Shown here: in pieces, positions 13,280 through 25,913 of the stretch
Position numbering within the stretch: the stretch's first letter is position 1
Layout: each line of letters starts with the position of its first letter
Source of the DNA: Eledone cirrhosa
Taxonomy: Eukaryota
Reading direction: 5' to 3'
Assembly (NCBI GenBank): GCA_964016885.1
Contig: OZ024743.1
Span: forward strand, 106,082,001 to 106,146,000
Length of the DNA: 64,000 nucleotides
Position numbers and translations under genes: made by a program
The notes under the pieces: model-generated
The model's database searches: none
Told to the model about the DNA's origin: nothing
What the model saw: the letters and a program-made list of their open reading frames with translations, nothing else

Positions 13280-13822
13280 ATATGTGTATGTATGTATATA
13301 TATATATATTTGGAGGCCATTTCTCTATGTCTGTGGGTGTATGTATGTGTATATGTGTGTGTGTATGTGTGTGCATGTGGATGTATGTATGTATATGTAT
13401 GTGTGCGTGTGTATGTATGTGTGTATCTGGATGTATGTGTATGTATATATATGTGTGTGTTTGTGTATATATATGTGTGTGTATGTGTATATATGTGTGT
13501 GTGTGTTTGTATGTGTGTATGTATATATGTGTGTGTGTGTGTATGCGTGTGTGTATATATATATATATATATGTACATATATATATATATGTGTATGTAT
13601 GTATGTGTGTGTATGTATGTGTGTATCTGGATGTATGTGTATGTATATATATATATCTGTGGGTATGTGTATATATGTGTGTGTGTGTGTGTATGTGTGT
13701 ATGTATATGTATGTGTGTGTGTATGTATGTGTGTGTATATATATATGTATATATATATATATATATGTATGTATATGTATATGTGTGTGTGTGTGGATGA
13801 GGGTATATGTATATATATGTGT
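13280..13822. repeat. Compound (GT)/(AT)/(GTAT) microsatellite
   Basis: Direct inspection. Confidence 0.95.
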
Positions 13823-14128
13823 AAGTGCACTAAATCCCTTCCTATCACTCTCCCCTCTCCTACCGACCACATGGAGATATATGTATGTATATTGCTTCCA
13901 CCCCCTCACTGACCAGCAGCTGGCCAACTGGCCATTGCTAAATCTGACCTTTAAAAAAACCACTCCCCACAAATAATTCCTCATTCACTACCAGAAAGGG
14001 ACACACAGCAGTCAACTTGCTGCTACCAAGATGAAAACTACTATGAAATCCCACACTGAATTTTATACTTGAATTTTCAATTCTCAAATTTTAACTCTTC
14101 TTATTATTAATTGTTCTTAATATTAATC

Positions 14129-14176
14129 AACATTTGAAAAGATGGCTTTTGCAGACCCATCGAAACCGGTCATTTT
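14129..14176 (+). ncRNA. Hammerhead-like motif, U3-A8 variant
   Basis: AT-TTGAAAA-GATGG(cttttgcagac)CCATC-GAAA-CCGG-TC-AT; weak stem I. Confidence 0.5.
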
Positions 14177-14318
14177 TTATACCCTTTATTCTTTCCTTAA
14201 CTTATAAAATTATATGTTTTTTCACAAAAAAGTATTCTGTCTGTTATATATTCCATGTGCCATTACCAACCTCAATTTTCTCTATAACCTTCCTTTTGTG
14301 TAGAAACTTACACTTTTC

Positions 14319-14553
<235 letters not shown>

Positions 14554-14608
14554 CATATATATATATATATGAATTATAAGAATCAAAGAACTGTTCAAAA
14601 CATTTTTA

Positions 14609-14655
14609 TTCTTACAACTGTTTCCTCCAAACCGAGGTTTGGATTCTTCGGAGCA
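14609..14655 (-). ncRNA. Hammerhead-like motif, U4C variant (left arm)
   Basis: TGCT-CCGAAGA-aTCCAAAC(ctcg)GTTTGGAg-GAAA-CAGTTG-TA-AGaA. Confidence 0.6.
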
Positions 14656-16571
14656 ATTTATTATTGAATGAACACTTATATGACCTCCTTTTCACCAAAG
14701 AGACATACAGATACATATGCAAATATTGTGATCAACATTCATTACAGCATTTAGAGTGGCAGTACATACTTAGAGATTACATTCATATTAAAAGATACAA
14801 TCGAAAATACAGGTTAAAATACAACATGAAAGTAAGCGGTTATATAGTGCAAAGGTTATATGTGTGGCAAGCACGTGCGTTTTGTTTATATAGTGTGGCA
14901 GAGAGTTACGTGCAGTAGAAGCACTTAAGCAGGTAAACAAGAGTGTTAGGTTGGTTGATCTGGTGACAAATTCTTTATATGATTGTTATAGTCTGTGTGT
15001 GGAGAAATAATATAAGCATTAAAATAGTGTAAGCATTAAAAATATTAAAAATATTGGAAATGCGCAGCGAAGCGATGATATGGACTTCATGTACTTCGAC
15101 ATTTTCATAGTCTAGGGAGTGTATTTCTCAGATTATATGCCCCTCGCATAATCCACGACGATTCGATATTGTGTGTTTGACAATCCAGTTAGAGAATCGT
15201 AGTCTGATGTTCTTTAGTTCAATAGAGGGTGATGTTACGTTTCGAGAATCGACATCGAAATACTACCCGGAAGTATGTGTGTGGCTAAGGGGAGTTAATG
15301 CACGAGGGGAGGTAATTCCGAGGTTTCTATTACTAACTATTAAAATGTGTCTCAAAATAGAACCTAACTTATATGGTTATGCGCAATTTCTAAAAAAATT
15401 CTAAAATGTAAAGTGTTTTAACTATAGAATAGTCTATTAAGTTATGCTGAAGGTGTTCGTATTATTATGGTGATTAACCCCCATCGTAGAGTGCCACAAA
15501 TGAATATTATAGACGACGAGCGAGGATTCTAAATTAATGATCTCTGTGGTTGCAGTCCACTCAAAGGACCAGGCGCGGTGATTGCAGAATCACTTCAACA
15601 CACAACGATCTCCGGTAAGTTCTGGGTCATCGCTTGCTACATTGGATGTCGAAAGATAATCATCGCCAGGGCTGACCCGAGGTCAATCCACAGTCCCCAT
15701 GACTCCAATCTGAGCATCAAATCATCCATATATGTACAACACATACGCAACTTGCAATACATTCATTCCCTGCGCTCAGCGTACCGGTCATACTGCTCAT
15801 CAGCGTTACTAGATTCATTCGTTTTTCATTTGTCTAACGATGGCACTTCCTCCGCACAACACCAACAAGACAATCAATTCATGCTTAAATTACCTATAAG
15901 GCGGTGTAGTGCAGTTCAAGTGGGTGGATGTTGTCACACCTAAAGTAGAGGTACAAATGGGTATTCCCCCTGTGAAGGGTTCTAGAGGGATGTCGCTGTT
16001 TGTGTTATATTAGAACATCAGACTACCATTCTCTAACTGGATTGTCAAACACTCAATATCGAATCGTCGTGGATTATGTGAGGGGCATATAATCTGAAAA
16101 ATACACTCCCCAGACTATGAACATGTCGAAGTACATGAATTCCATATCATCGCTTCGCTGCACATTTCCAATATTTTTAATATTTTTAATGCTTACACTA
16201 TTTTTAAAGCTTATATTATTTCTCCACACACAGACTATAACAATCATATAAAGAATTTGTCCCCAGATCAACCAACCTAACACTCTTGTTTACCTGCTTA
16301 AGTGCTTCTACTACACGTAACTCTCTGCCACACTATATAAACAAGACGCACGTGCTTGCCACACATATAACCTTTGCACTATATAACCGCTTACTTTCAT
16401 GTTGTATTTTAACCTGTATTTTCGATTGTATCTTTTAATATGAATGTAATCTCTAAGTGCGTACTGCCACTCTAAATGCTGTAATGAATGTTGACCCACA
16501 ATATTTGCATAAGTATCTGTATGTCTCTTGGGTGAAAAGGAGGTCATATAAGTGTTCATTCAATAATAAAT

Positions 16572-16618
16572 TGCTCCGAAGAATTCAAACGTCGGTTTGG
16601 AGGAAACAGTTGTAAGCA
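16572..16618 (+). ncRNA. Hammerhead-like motif, U4C variant (right arm)
   Basis: TGCT-CCGAAGA-aTTCAAAC(gtcg)GTTTGGAg-GAAA-CAGTTG-TA-AGCA. Confidence 0.65.
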
Positions 16619-16775
16619 TAAAAATGTTTTGAACAGTTCTTTGATTCTTATAATTCATATAACTGCTCTGTAAATCATCTGATGTTTTTACATTGAGCTA
16701 CTTAACTATTTAGGGTTTGTATAAAAATATATATAACTGCAAAAGGTTTTTGTATTTACATAACCATAAATAGTA

Positions 16776-16820
<45 letters not shown>

Positions 16821-16824
<4 letters not shown>

Positions 16825-17305
16825 GTACAGAGAAGTACGGAATACGTCGGCCTAGGGATGGTATCTACATGTTGTGCTTATAAATGTAATTCGTCGTAGA
16901 TTACCAGAGTTTTTTTCCGTGCGAAAAAAACAATACTTTATCGCGAAATAACTACTTTTGTTGATATTTTGTTATTGTGTATGCAAAAATAAAAAATATT
17001 TATCCTTATCGAGCCTCTTAAAATAAATACGTTTGTATATATTGTGTTATTGCGTATGTAAAAATATCTGTACACGAATATATAATTATATATATATATA
17101 TATATATATAACAGTAGAGAGAAGTACGGAATACTTCGGCCTCGGGATGGTGTCAACATTTTGTGCTTATAAAACAACATCGTCGTAGATTACCAGGGTT
17201 TTTTTCCGTGCGAAGAAAATTAATAATTTATCGCGAAATATATACTTTTGTTTACATTTTGTTATTGTGTTTGCAAAAATATATGTACACGAATATATAA
17301 TTATA
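16821..17305. repeat. Direct tandem duplication of a ~180-bp interspersed repeat
   Basis: 16821-16990 resembles 17110-17300; 3' part also at 12940-13015 and inverted at 21085-21175. Confidence 0.8.
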
Positions 17306-17335
17306 TATATATATATATTGAAATAACAGAATAAA

Positions 17336-17384
17336 GCTTAAGCAAAGAATCGCTGCTTTCACCCTTAAAGGTATCTTCTGAAAC
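17336..17384 (-). ncRNA. Hammerhead-like motif, U4A variant (family B)
   Basis: GTTT-CAGAAGA-tACC(tttaag)GGT-GAAA-GCA(gcgattctt)TGC-TT-AAGC. Confidence 0.5.
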
Positions 17385-17485
17385 TAAAATAATCAATCTG
17401 TGAACGCAGAAGGAAATATTTCGAAAAACGTTACACACTATATATAAGCAGCGATTCTTTGTTTAAACTTTAATCTTTTATTTTA

Positions 17486-17559
<74 letters not shown>

Positions 17560-17574
17560 TATATATATATATGG

Positions 17575-18010
17575 TGGCTGCCAACTCGTTTTCGAGTACG
17601 GCCACTACTTTATATCCAGGTAGGAGAACCCCTACCGATGCGTTAAACAAGTGTGACTTTTTAGTCCAGCCAGCGACTTGAAAACTCTGGTACAAACACT
17701 ACACCTGTGACAATTCTTGACACATAGTGCTGGGCCCACGGCCCCATGTGACAACAAGTGCAGAGAGATCTCCAGATACAAAGCAATGCCTGTGTCGTGA
17801 AGCTTTTATAGTGAGCAAAGGCACTGCACAAAGCCAGTCTCACTCTCTTAACCAAGATGATATTTACCAAAAAAGAAGAACAAGTCAACATCATTGGATA
17901 CCATCAGGGTTGCAGGTATTATATCAGAGTTTTCCTTCTCCTAGAATTCTGCCTTGACAAAGGCTAAGGGGTCATCTCTCCCAGTGATTTTGGATGGCCA
18001 TTGACTCTTA
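17575..18010. mobile_element. Interspersed repeat (possibly RTE-related non-coding part)
   Basis: First ~180 bp shared with 50481-50660; GAGTTTTCCTTCTCCTAG...AAGGCTAA motif recalls RTE-type UTR repeats. Confidence 0.45.
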
Positions 18011-18029
18011 AGAGCTCCTTTTCCACATA

Positions 18030-18328
18030 TATACACACACACCGCGTCATCATGTCGTAATGCAGACAGCTAGACATAGAGACAGGTATTATAAGAGCGC
18101 AACGTTATATCTATGTATCTATCCAAAAAGAAAAACTAAGGATTATAGACAGAGATCGCTAAATCGCCTAATGCGGTCCCTAGGGCATTGATCATTTGAA
18201 ATACTCTTTGCTGACAGCACTCACAGGACCATAGGTATTACATGTGTAAAGTTTGAAAACAATTGATTGCATGGTTCTCGAGTTTTAGTGAGCTGACAGA
18301 CAGACATACTCTGTTTTAGATATATAGA
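18030..18328 (-). mobile_element. Helitron-like element, 5' part (inverted copy of 12395-12710)
   Basis: Reverse-complement similarity; TC start at 18328. Confidence 0.55.
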
Positions 18329-18457
18329 TATATATATATAATTATAAACGTTTGGAATTGGAAGGCCAATACAATGCAGGTATGGATATAGAATATAAAT
18401 ACAAATGCAAAAGATATTGTTGACAATTAGTCTTTTACCTTAAATTTATTTGAATAT

Positions 18458-18492
18458 CCTCAATTTTCGAGATAACATCTCTTCTTCGGAGG
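18458..18492 (-). ncRNA. Hammerhead-like motif, U4C variant, in PLE pseudo-LTR (decayed; partner copy 20901-20935 +)
   Basis: CCT-CCGAAGA-aGAGAT(gtt)ATCTC-GAAA-AT-TG-AGG; the partner copy has TT at the cleavage site but a mutated GAAA. Confidence 0.5.
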
Positions 18493-18904
18493 TAGTAAAG
18501 AGGTTAATCCAGTGTTTTAATTAGCTTGCCAAGTCCTGCTGACATGAAATGGTATAGAGATTCCATTCTATCTCTAATGTCAAAGAGTGAAGGTTAGGTG
18601 GATAAAGAGCTGTCTCCCTTTAAAATGGATTTTGTACATGTATGTTTAAATGTGTGGGAGAATACGTTAAGGTGTAAGTATGCGTGTGTGTGTGTGTGTG
18701 TGTGAGTGTGAGAGGATATGTCTAATGTAAATGTGGGGGCTAGATGCTCTATCATGTTAAAACTGGTCCTTGTGTGTGTATGTGTGTGTGGGGCAAAGAA
18801 TAAGTGGAGGTGTAAGCGCGCGTGTGTGTGTGTGTGTGTGTGTTTGTGAGTGGGTGCGTGGGGGTGTAAGTGTGGGGCTTGGTGCTGTATCATGTTAAAA
18901 ATTG

Positions 18905-20430
18905 GGTGTTGAGTTCTAGTCTATTATTGATTGGTTGTTGTGTTTTCTCTATAATCAGTGCTTCCTTAATTCTATGATTGCCGAGGTTTCTTTCCTTAGC
19001 TTCTATCCTAACTGTTATGTTTTTGTCGGTGTTTTTGCATTTCACTAGTGTTTCTTAAATGAGGAAGCGTTAGATTTGAAGTGCTCTTTGATTTTGTGTG
19101 AATTGGTCTGGTGGTGCTACCTACGTAGAAGTTGCTTCATTTGTCGCATTCTAATCTGTATACGACGTAAGCCTGCTCGCATAGGTCTGTGTCGTTGATC
19201 GGGCAGTTGGCTAGCCTGCAGCGGCTGTCATGTCTGGTGGAGTGTCTTTTGGTTAGCTGTCCGCGTAGAGATGGTCCTGAGTGGACTAGTTGGATATCTA
19301 GTCCCTCTCGTCTGATAGCTCTGCAGATGGCTGTTGTTGTTTCGTCACTGATGTGTGGGAGCTTCAGGAAGCAGGTGTTAGTGACTCGGGTGTGGTGTCC
19401 TCTGTTGTTTCTGGTACGGTTCGCGGTGGACGTCGGGTATCCTTCAGGTTAAGTACTTTCAGGAAATGTGTGGTGTGTGTGTCTCGGTCTCTTGCGTCTG
19501 TGCATTTGTTCCGGATACATGTTAGTTCGTTCCTTATGTATCCGAACTTAGCGCTGGCTCGGAGGGTCGATCTGAAATGTACGAAGAGGTCCCCGCTGGC
19601 GGCTCTTTTTATAGAAGCAGGTGTGGATGTTACATTCCTCTGTTACCCTGGGTTGGAAGTCCAGTAGGGATAGGGATCCGCGGTAATCGGGTTGTTCCAT
19701 GATGAACTCTATACTGGCGTCCATGCTGGAGAATGTCGTGTATATTTTATCCGCTTTCTCACGGGATGATGTAAGGATGAGTATGTTATCTACATATCGG
19801 GTGAAGAAGGTATAGGAATGGCAGGTGTTCAGGAATCGGCATTCTAGCTTGTTCATATAGGTGATGGCCAGCAGGACCGATAGGCTGGATCCCATGGGTA
19901 ATCCTGTTGTCTGTCTGTATGTGTGGTGGTGGGAGGTGCAGTACTTGTTGTCCACTCTGAAGGACAAAAAAGTGTATGTTCGTCGGATGGAGGCCGTAGC
20001 AGTGGATGTCCCCTGCGACCACGCAGTCCGTCAATAAATCGACAGCTGGATGAGCGGAGACTGTAGTGTAGGGGGAGACAACGTCGAGGCTAAAGGCGTA
20101 TCTATTTAATTTAAGTTGTTCTGGCTGGAGTTGGTGTAGTCTAGGTATCACCTCGTCGGAGCTACTGAGATGCCCGGGAAAGGTGGAGAGTAGAGGCTTG
20201 AGGATCTGGGAGAGGAGCCAGGAGATTTTGTATAGGGGTCCTTCTATGCTAGACACGATGGGTCTTATTTGTGTCTTAGTACTATTCTTGTGGGTTTTGA
20301 TGAGGTGATAGAAAGTCGACAGTCTGCAGTTTCTATTGGTGTAATTGAACTTAAATTTATTTGGGAGTTGTCTTCTACTACAGATGTCGAACCAGATGGA
20401 GTTGGACGACAAATTATGGCTCAACATAGA
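18905..20430 (-). pseudogene. PLE reverse transcriptase + GIY-YIG endonuclease, frameshifted
   Basis: Motifs FYHLIKTHK..IRPIVSS, FSLDVVSPYTTV, QTTGLPMGSSLS, TRYVDNIL, CRLANCP..C, VVYRLECDK*SNFYVGSTTR, RIKEALII. Confidence 0.92.
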
Positions 20431-21237
20431 AACGAATCTCTGTCGGATCGCCTATCAACTAAAATGGATATCGACCCTCGCCAACAACACCACGGAATCT
20501 AACACACCCATATTCCCGATATACCAACTGGACCGCCCACTCTGTCCACAGCCTGCCAACCGCGAGCTTGAAGAAAAACTCTCGAGGCTAAAACATTCCG
20601 TATTTAACATCTTACAGAAATAGAAGAAGGTAGCCCAAAACCTCTCCAGGATGCAACAACTCGCCCTGAAGAACCTGCGAAATAGGGAACACATATACTT
20701 ACCATCCAACAAAGGTGAAGAGTTTTGTGTCATCTCTCAAGCCACATACAACAACCTAGACTTTGAGCACCTAACCCACAACAAACTGTATACAGAGATC
20801 CCGGACATGACTGCAGCCCAAATCGAAAAATAGGCCAACTCCATCTGGTTCGACATCTGTAGTAGAAGACAACTCCCAAATAAATTTAACCCTTTACTTC
20901 CCTCCGAAGAAGAGATATTATCTCCAAGATTTAGGATATTCAAATGAATTTAAGGTAACAGACTAATTGTTAACAATATCTTTTGCATTTGTATTTATAT
21001 TCTATATCCATAGCTACATTTTTTTGTCCTTCCAACTCCAAACGTGTATATCTCATTACGCAATGCTTCAAGTAAACTACAATTTTCTTATATATAATTT
21101 TCTTATATTCGTGAACAGATATTATTTCATACACATTAACAAAATATAAACAAACGTATTTATTTCACTAGGCTCGATAAGGATATATATCACATATATA
21201 AGATATATATCACATATATAAGAACCCTAGAGCAAAT

Positions 21238-21265
21238 CCCGAGCAACGCCGGGCCACTCTGCTAG
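21238..21265 (+). mobile_element. Helitron-type 3' terminus (hairpin + CTAG)
   Basis: CCCGAGCAACGCCGGG-ccactctg-CTAG|T. Confidence 0.7.
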
Positions 21266-21456
21266 TATTTATTAAAATAACAGATTAAACATTAAGCAAA
21301 AAATCGCTGCTTTCACTCTTAAGTTTCAAAAGATCTTGTTAAGGGTGAAAATAGTGATTATTTGCTTAAACTTTAATCTGTTATTTATATATATATATAA
21401 ACATTTGTAACACGAAATAAACTATGTCCTGATGCATCACTGATTTTTCGTTTTCT

Positions 21457-21528
<72 letters not shown>

Positions 21529-21851
21529 GAATTCAGTCCACTGAATTATTTTTGTATAAGTTTCCAGAGTCCTCGCTTTGCCTGGATACTTAGCTGAGAA
21601 TAGTCTTCCCTGACGACGAAATGATTCTCTATATTTTCTTCCGGAAGTATATTTATTCCATTTCAGAAACTAATTAGTTGGGAGTGAAATTTTAGTAAGT
21701 AAGTTAATTTTATAATTTTCTTATTTTACGTCTCTCATATTATTATTCTGAAACCCCATGCATTGAACCACAAAGTTACTAAGACAAAACCTATATATTT
21801 GCTAGCATTGATATGCATCTGTATGTATATATATGTTACTAGATATTAATT

Positions 21852-21938
<87 letters not shown>

Positions 21939-22201
21939 TCGTCGCTTTATTTCTGTGACAAAAATTTCTTCAATCTAATAGTAGGGTTTACAACTTTCTA
22001 AGGTGACCTTCGATGTCAATACCAACCTTTTTTCATTTTTTAGAGGGATAAAACTCTACTACCAGGCTAATAATAGGACGATCTATTATGTATTCGTAAG
22101 GCTTATTGGGTAGTGACGCGCGGTTCGCTATTGATCAGCTCAACATTCGATCTGTATCGATATAGCCCAGGTCTGAAATCAAAATCTCGTCGGAACTCTG
22201 C

Positions 22202-22236
<35 letters not shown>

Positions 22237-22559
22237 TTTTTCCTGCTACCCCATCACACTCACTCCTTCTCGGAGTCCCCCCCCCCCCTCACTCTCCTGG
22301 TGAAGGAATTATACCCGAAACGCCGCACCCAACGCCTCACTCTAACTAAGCGTGAAATTAATACTATTTGTAATTTGTACTCCTGCGTTGTTGATTTGGG
22401 TATTCTGAAATATATATATATAAGCAAACGGGATATTTTATTTGTTGGTAATTCAAAAAATATATGTTTATAACTGATTCGAAGCACTGGACAGATTTTC
22501 GGGAGTATAATATTCAATGATATTAAATAAATGGAAACTATATTTATAAAACCATATTT

Positions 22560-22618
22560 ATTCTATTATATATATTTCAACGGTTCCAAAACTTTGGTAC
22601 GCTCTCATCAGATAAAAT
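22560..22618 (-). ncRNA. Minimal type I hammerhead ribozyme (family C)
   Basis: ATTTTAT-CTGATGA-gagcgtACCA(aagttt)TGGaaccgtt-GAAA-TATATA-TA-ATAGAAT; homologous to 35902-35963; host repeat 22425-22690 also matches 35830-36095 and 1-84. Confidence 0.7.
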
Positions 22619-22693
22619 ACAAAGTTTGTTTTATAAATATTGACATATCCAGGAAGGAGATCTTAACGGTTGAAGTTCTTCCAGGAAGCACTT

Positions 22694-22827
<134 letters not shown>

Positions 22828-23731
22828 CGAAGAAAAAGTGGTAAGGAACCAGATGGACCATAACGCACCACAGTACTCAATACTTAGGATAGTAGAGTGG
22901 GTAATATGAACGAGTAGGACCCCGACAGCTGAGCTGAAGCCATTTAGACGGCTAATTCTGGACTAAATGAAAATGTTTATCCTGGTAACTGAATAGCCGA
23001 ACTTCTCAGGAGGTAATTCCATATATGGTAAAAGTGATTGTCACAAGGATTGGTCAAAAGTTTGTTGTTGTGACACATGATTCTATAATGGCATTTTGTG
23101 GAAGGTAGGGGTAGCTGAACTTGCCAGTAGAAGAAAGAGGGAGAGGGAGTGGAAGAAACCCAGTCGAGCGTTGAAAGTGACGACTACAGCAGATTCTAAG
23201 GAAGAGGTCGAAAAAAGTATACTAGAGAGGAGGAGGGGGAGGAAGTCGAAACAATAAGTAAATCTATATGGAGTAAGTATATAGAAAAATATTAAAAATA
23301 TTAAAAATATAAAAAACACAATTTCTGGTTACTATTCCCCTTCCACAATCATCAAATCTCTCACTGGTACTGCTAAATTATAGAAAAGTTTAATAGGTGG
23401 GACGGAATACTAAATACGAGATTGTAGTGAAAGAATTTTATGAGTTATTACTAATCGGCCAAATCTTTCTTACAATGACAGGTCAACAAGTAGGGGGCCA
23501 AAATACTAAAAAAACTAATACGAAGTAATAATTCAGAGTCCCGAAACTAATACGAAATATTAATTAAGAATCCCGAAAATTAATACTAATACGATATATA
23601 AAAGTACTGCTACAATACATAAATTCTAATACAAAGTACATAAATCCTCGTACGATGTATATGAAAAACTAATACGAAAAATTTAATACGAACAATTAAT
23701 TCAGAATCCCCCCCACCCCCACCCCCCCAAA

Positions 23732-23957
23732 AAATACGTCTGGTACCTCAAAGATAACAATATACCCTATAATATCACTTGGAGCTTACTGTCCAGAGCC
23801 AACCCTTGCACGAGAGGACGCCGACCGTGTAACTTATATCCGGAGGAAACATTACAAATGTTGTTTTCGACGGACCAACTCCTAAACAAGAAAGACAAAC
23901 TGGTAATTGCATGCAAACACAAAGCGCGTAGGACTTACCTTGCCCTCAAACCCCATA
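23732..23957 (+). pseudogene. Naiad-type PLE ORF C-terminal fragment
   Basis: KYVWYLKDNNIPYNITWSLLSRANPCTRGRRPCNLYPEETLQMLFSTDQLLNKKDKLVIACKHK; colinear with the C-terminus of the 30508-32240 ORF. Confidence 0.8.
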
Positions 23958-25073
23958 ATAACCCGGGGAAGGGTGTTAGACTAGGGCTGAAACACCCCAC
24001 TTGCCGACTTTGTAATGGGTAACCCCTGCTTACAAAGGTAGACGTAAGATTTTCTTATATATTTTTTATCGTTTCCTCTATATTTCCTTCTCCTCCCCCA
24101 TCCCTTCTTAGTCCTTCCACCCCAGATCTCCTTCTTTGTCGTCGTTCTTTTCACCTTCTCGCCCACCCCGAGGCAGCCCTTCGGTCCTCTGTAGCCTCAG
24201 TACCCCCGCCCCTATTCTATGATAGAATTGGCCGATTCCGCTTTTTATAGCAGATGTGCTAGACCCCAGATACTTGCTTTCTTATATGATTGCTGCCCCA
24301 TTTCCGGGATTTCTAGATTGCTTAATGGTATCTCTGCTTTAGTTTCTCGTATATCAGTATTTTTTGTTTTTAGGGGGATTCTGAATTAATCTTTCGTATA
24401 AAACTTTTCGTATTACTTTCTCATATATATCGTACGAGCATTTATGTAGATTGTATTAGAATTTATGTATTGTAGCAGTACTCTTATATATCGTATTAGT
24501 ATTAATTTTCGGGATTCTGAATTAATATTTCGTATTAGTTTCGGGTACTCTGAATTATTACTTCGTATTAGTCTTTTTAGTATTTTGGCCCCCTACTTAT
24601 TGACCTGTCATTGTAAGATAGATTTGGCCGATTAGTACTAACTCATAAAGTTCTTTCACTACAATCTCGTATTTAGTATTCCGTCCCACCTATTAAACTT
24701 TTCTATAGTTTAGCTGTACCAGTGAGAGATTTGATGATTGTGGAAGGAGAATAGTAACCAGAAATTGTGTTTTTTTATATTTTTTATATTTTTTATATTT
24801 TTCTATATATTTACTCCATATAGATTTACTTATTGTTTCAACTTCCTCCCCTCCCCCTCTCTAGTATACTTTTTTCGACCTCTTCCTTAGAATCTGCTGT
24901 AGTCGTCACTTTCAACGCTCGACTGGGTTTCCTCCACTCCCTCTCCCTCTTTCTTCTACTGGTAAGTTCAGCTACCCCTACCTTCCACAAAATGCCATGA
25001 TAGAATCATGTGTCTCAACATCAAACTTTTGACCAATCCTTGTGACAATCAATTTTACGATGTATAGAATTAT

Positions 25074-25165
25074 CCCCTGAGAAGCTCGGCTATTCAGTTA
25101 CCAGGATAAACATTTTCATTTAGTCCAGAATTAGCCGTCGAAACGGCTTGAGCTCAGCCGTCGGG
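25074..25165 (+). ncRNA. Atypical hammerhead-like fold (family A)
   Basis: CCC-CTGAGAA-gctCGGCTA...TAGCCGtc-GAAA-CGGCT(tgagctc)AGCCG-TC-GGG; non-canonical core, also present in the left arm. Confidence 0.5.
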
Positions 25166-25177
25166 GTCCTACTCGTT

Positions 25178-25228
<51 letters not shown>

Positions 25229-25376
25229 GGGTGTGTATGATCGTGTGTAGAAGATTATATTAATAAAAGGAATTCCAACTTTGTCTGATTTACTCGTTTT
25301 ATTTACATTCCTTTAAAATGTATAATGGTATTAGAATGAAATAGTATGGTAGAATATTAAATCTTAAGTGTTAATT

Positions 25377-25412
25377 GAACAAGTACTTTCGTGCTTTTCA
25401 ATCTTCAGGGTC
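25377..25412 (-). ncRNA. Minimal hammerhead motif (left arm)
   Basis: GACC-CTGAAGA-tTG(aaaag)CAc-GAAA-GTAC-TT-GTTC; weak stems. Confidence 0.55.
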
Positions 25413-25913
25413 ATATTCTGTGGTGACAGTCAAGTTTGCAATTTTCAACTGTAATGAGGTGGGTAACTGTTATGCCTTATTTACCCTGAAAGCGCCTACA
25501 GAATGCTAAATTTGGCAAACTCTATTTCGACCAATCTATGTGTAGTTTCACTGGATTACTAAAGGTGATTGGTTTAGACGTAACGGTTGGTTGAGCACAT
25601 CTAACGACATTTTATTGATAACATTTATTGATAAATTCTAACCCAAGCTAAATGAACAATAATAATAGGATATTACTACTACTATGACTATGACTACGAC
25701 CATGTCATGTTGACTACCACCACTAACAACAACAACAACAACAATAATAATAATAATAAAAGTGATGTTGATGGTGAAACTACACACCGATTGGTCGATA
25801 TTGAGTTTGTAAAATGTAGCATCCTGTAGCCCCTTTTCACTGTATATAAGGCACAGAATTTACCTATATCATTACAGTTGAAAATTACAAAATTGACTGT
25901 CACCACAGAATAT

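Larger units (their letters stand above)
14569..16658. mobile_element. 2.1-kb fold-back element
   Basis: ~640-bp highly similar inverted arms (14569-15212 / 16012-16658), ~800-bp spacer, (TA)n at left; hammerhead-like motif in each arm. Confidence 0.9.
18347..21045 (-). mobile_element. Penelope-like retroelement copy with inverted pseudo-LTRs and internal inversion
   Basis: ~160-bp inverted termini 18347-18506 / 20886-21045; RT + GIY-YIG remnant inside; 20353-20405 repeated inverted at 20834-20887. Confidence 0.9.

Noticed and set aside
21605-21646. CTTCC-CTGACGA...GGAAG hammerhead-like string
   Set aside because: No correctly placed GAAA or stem III
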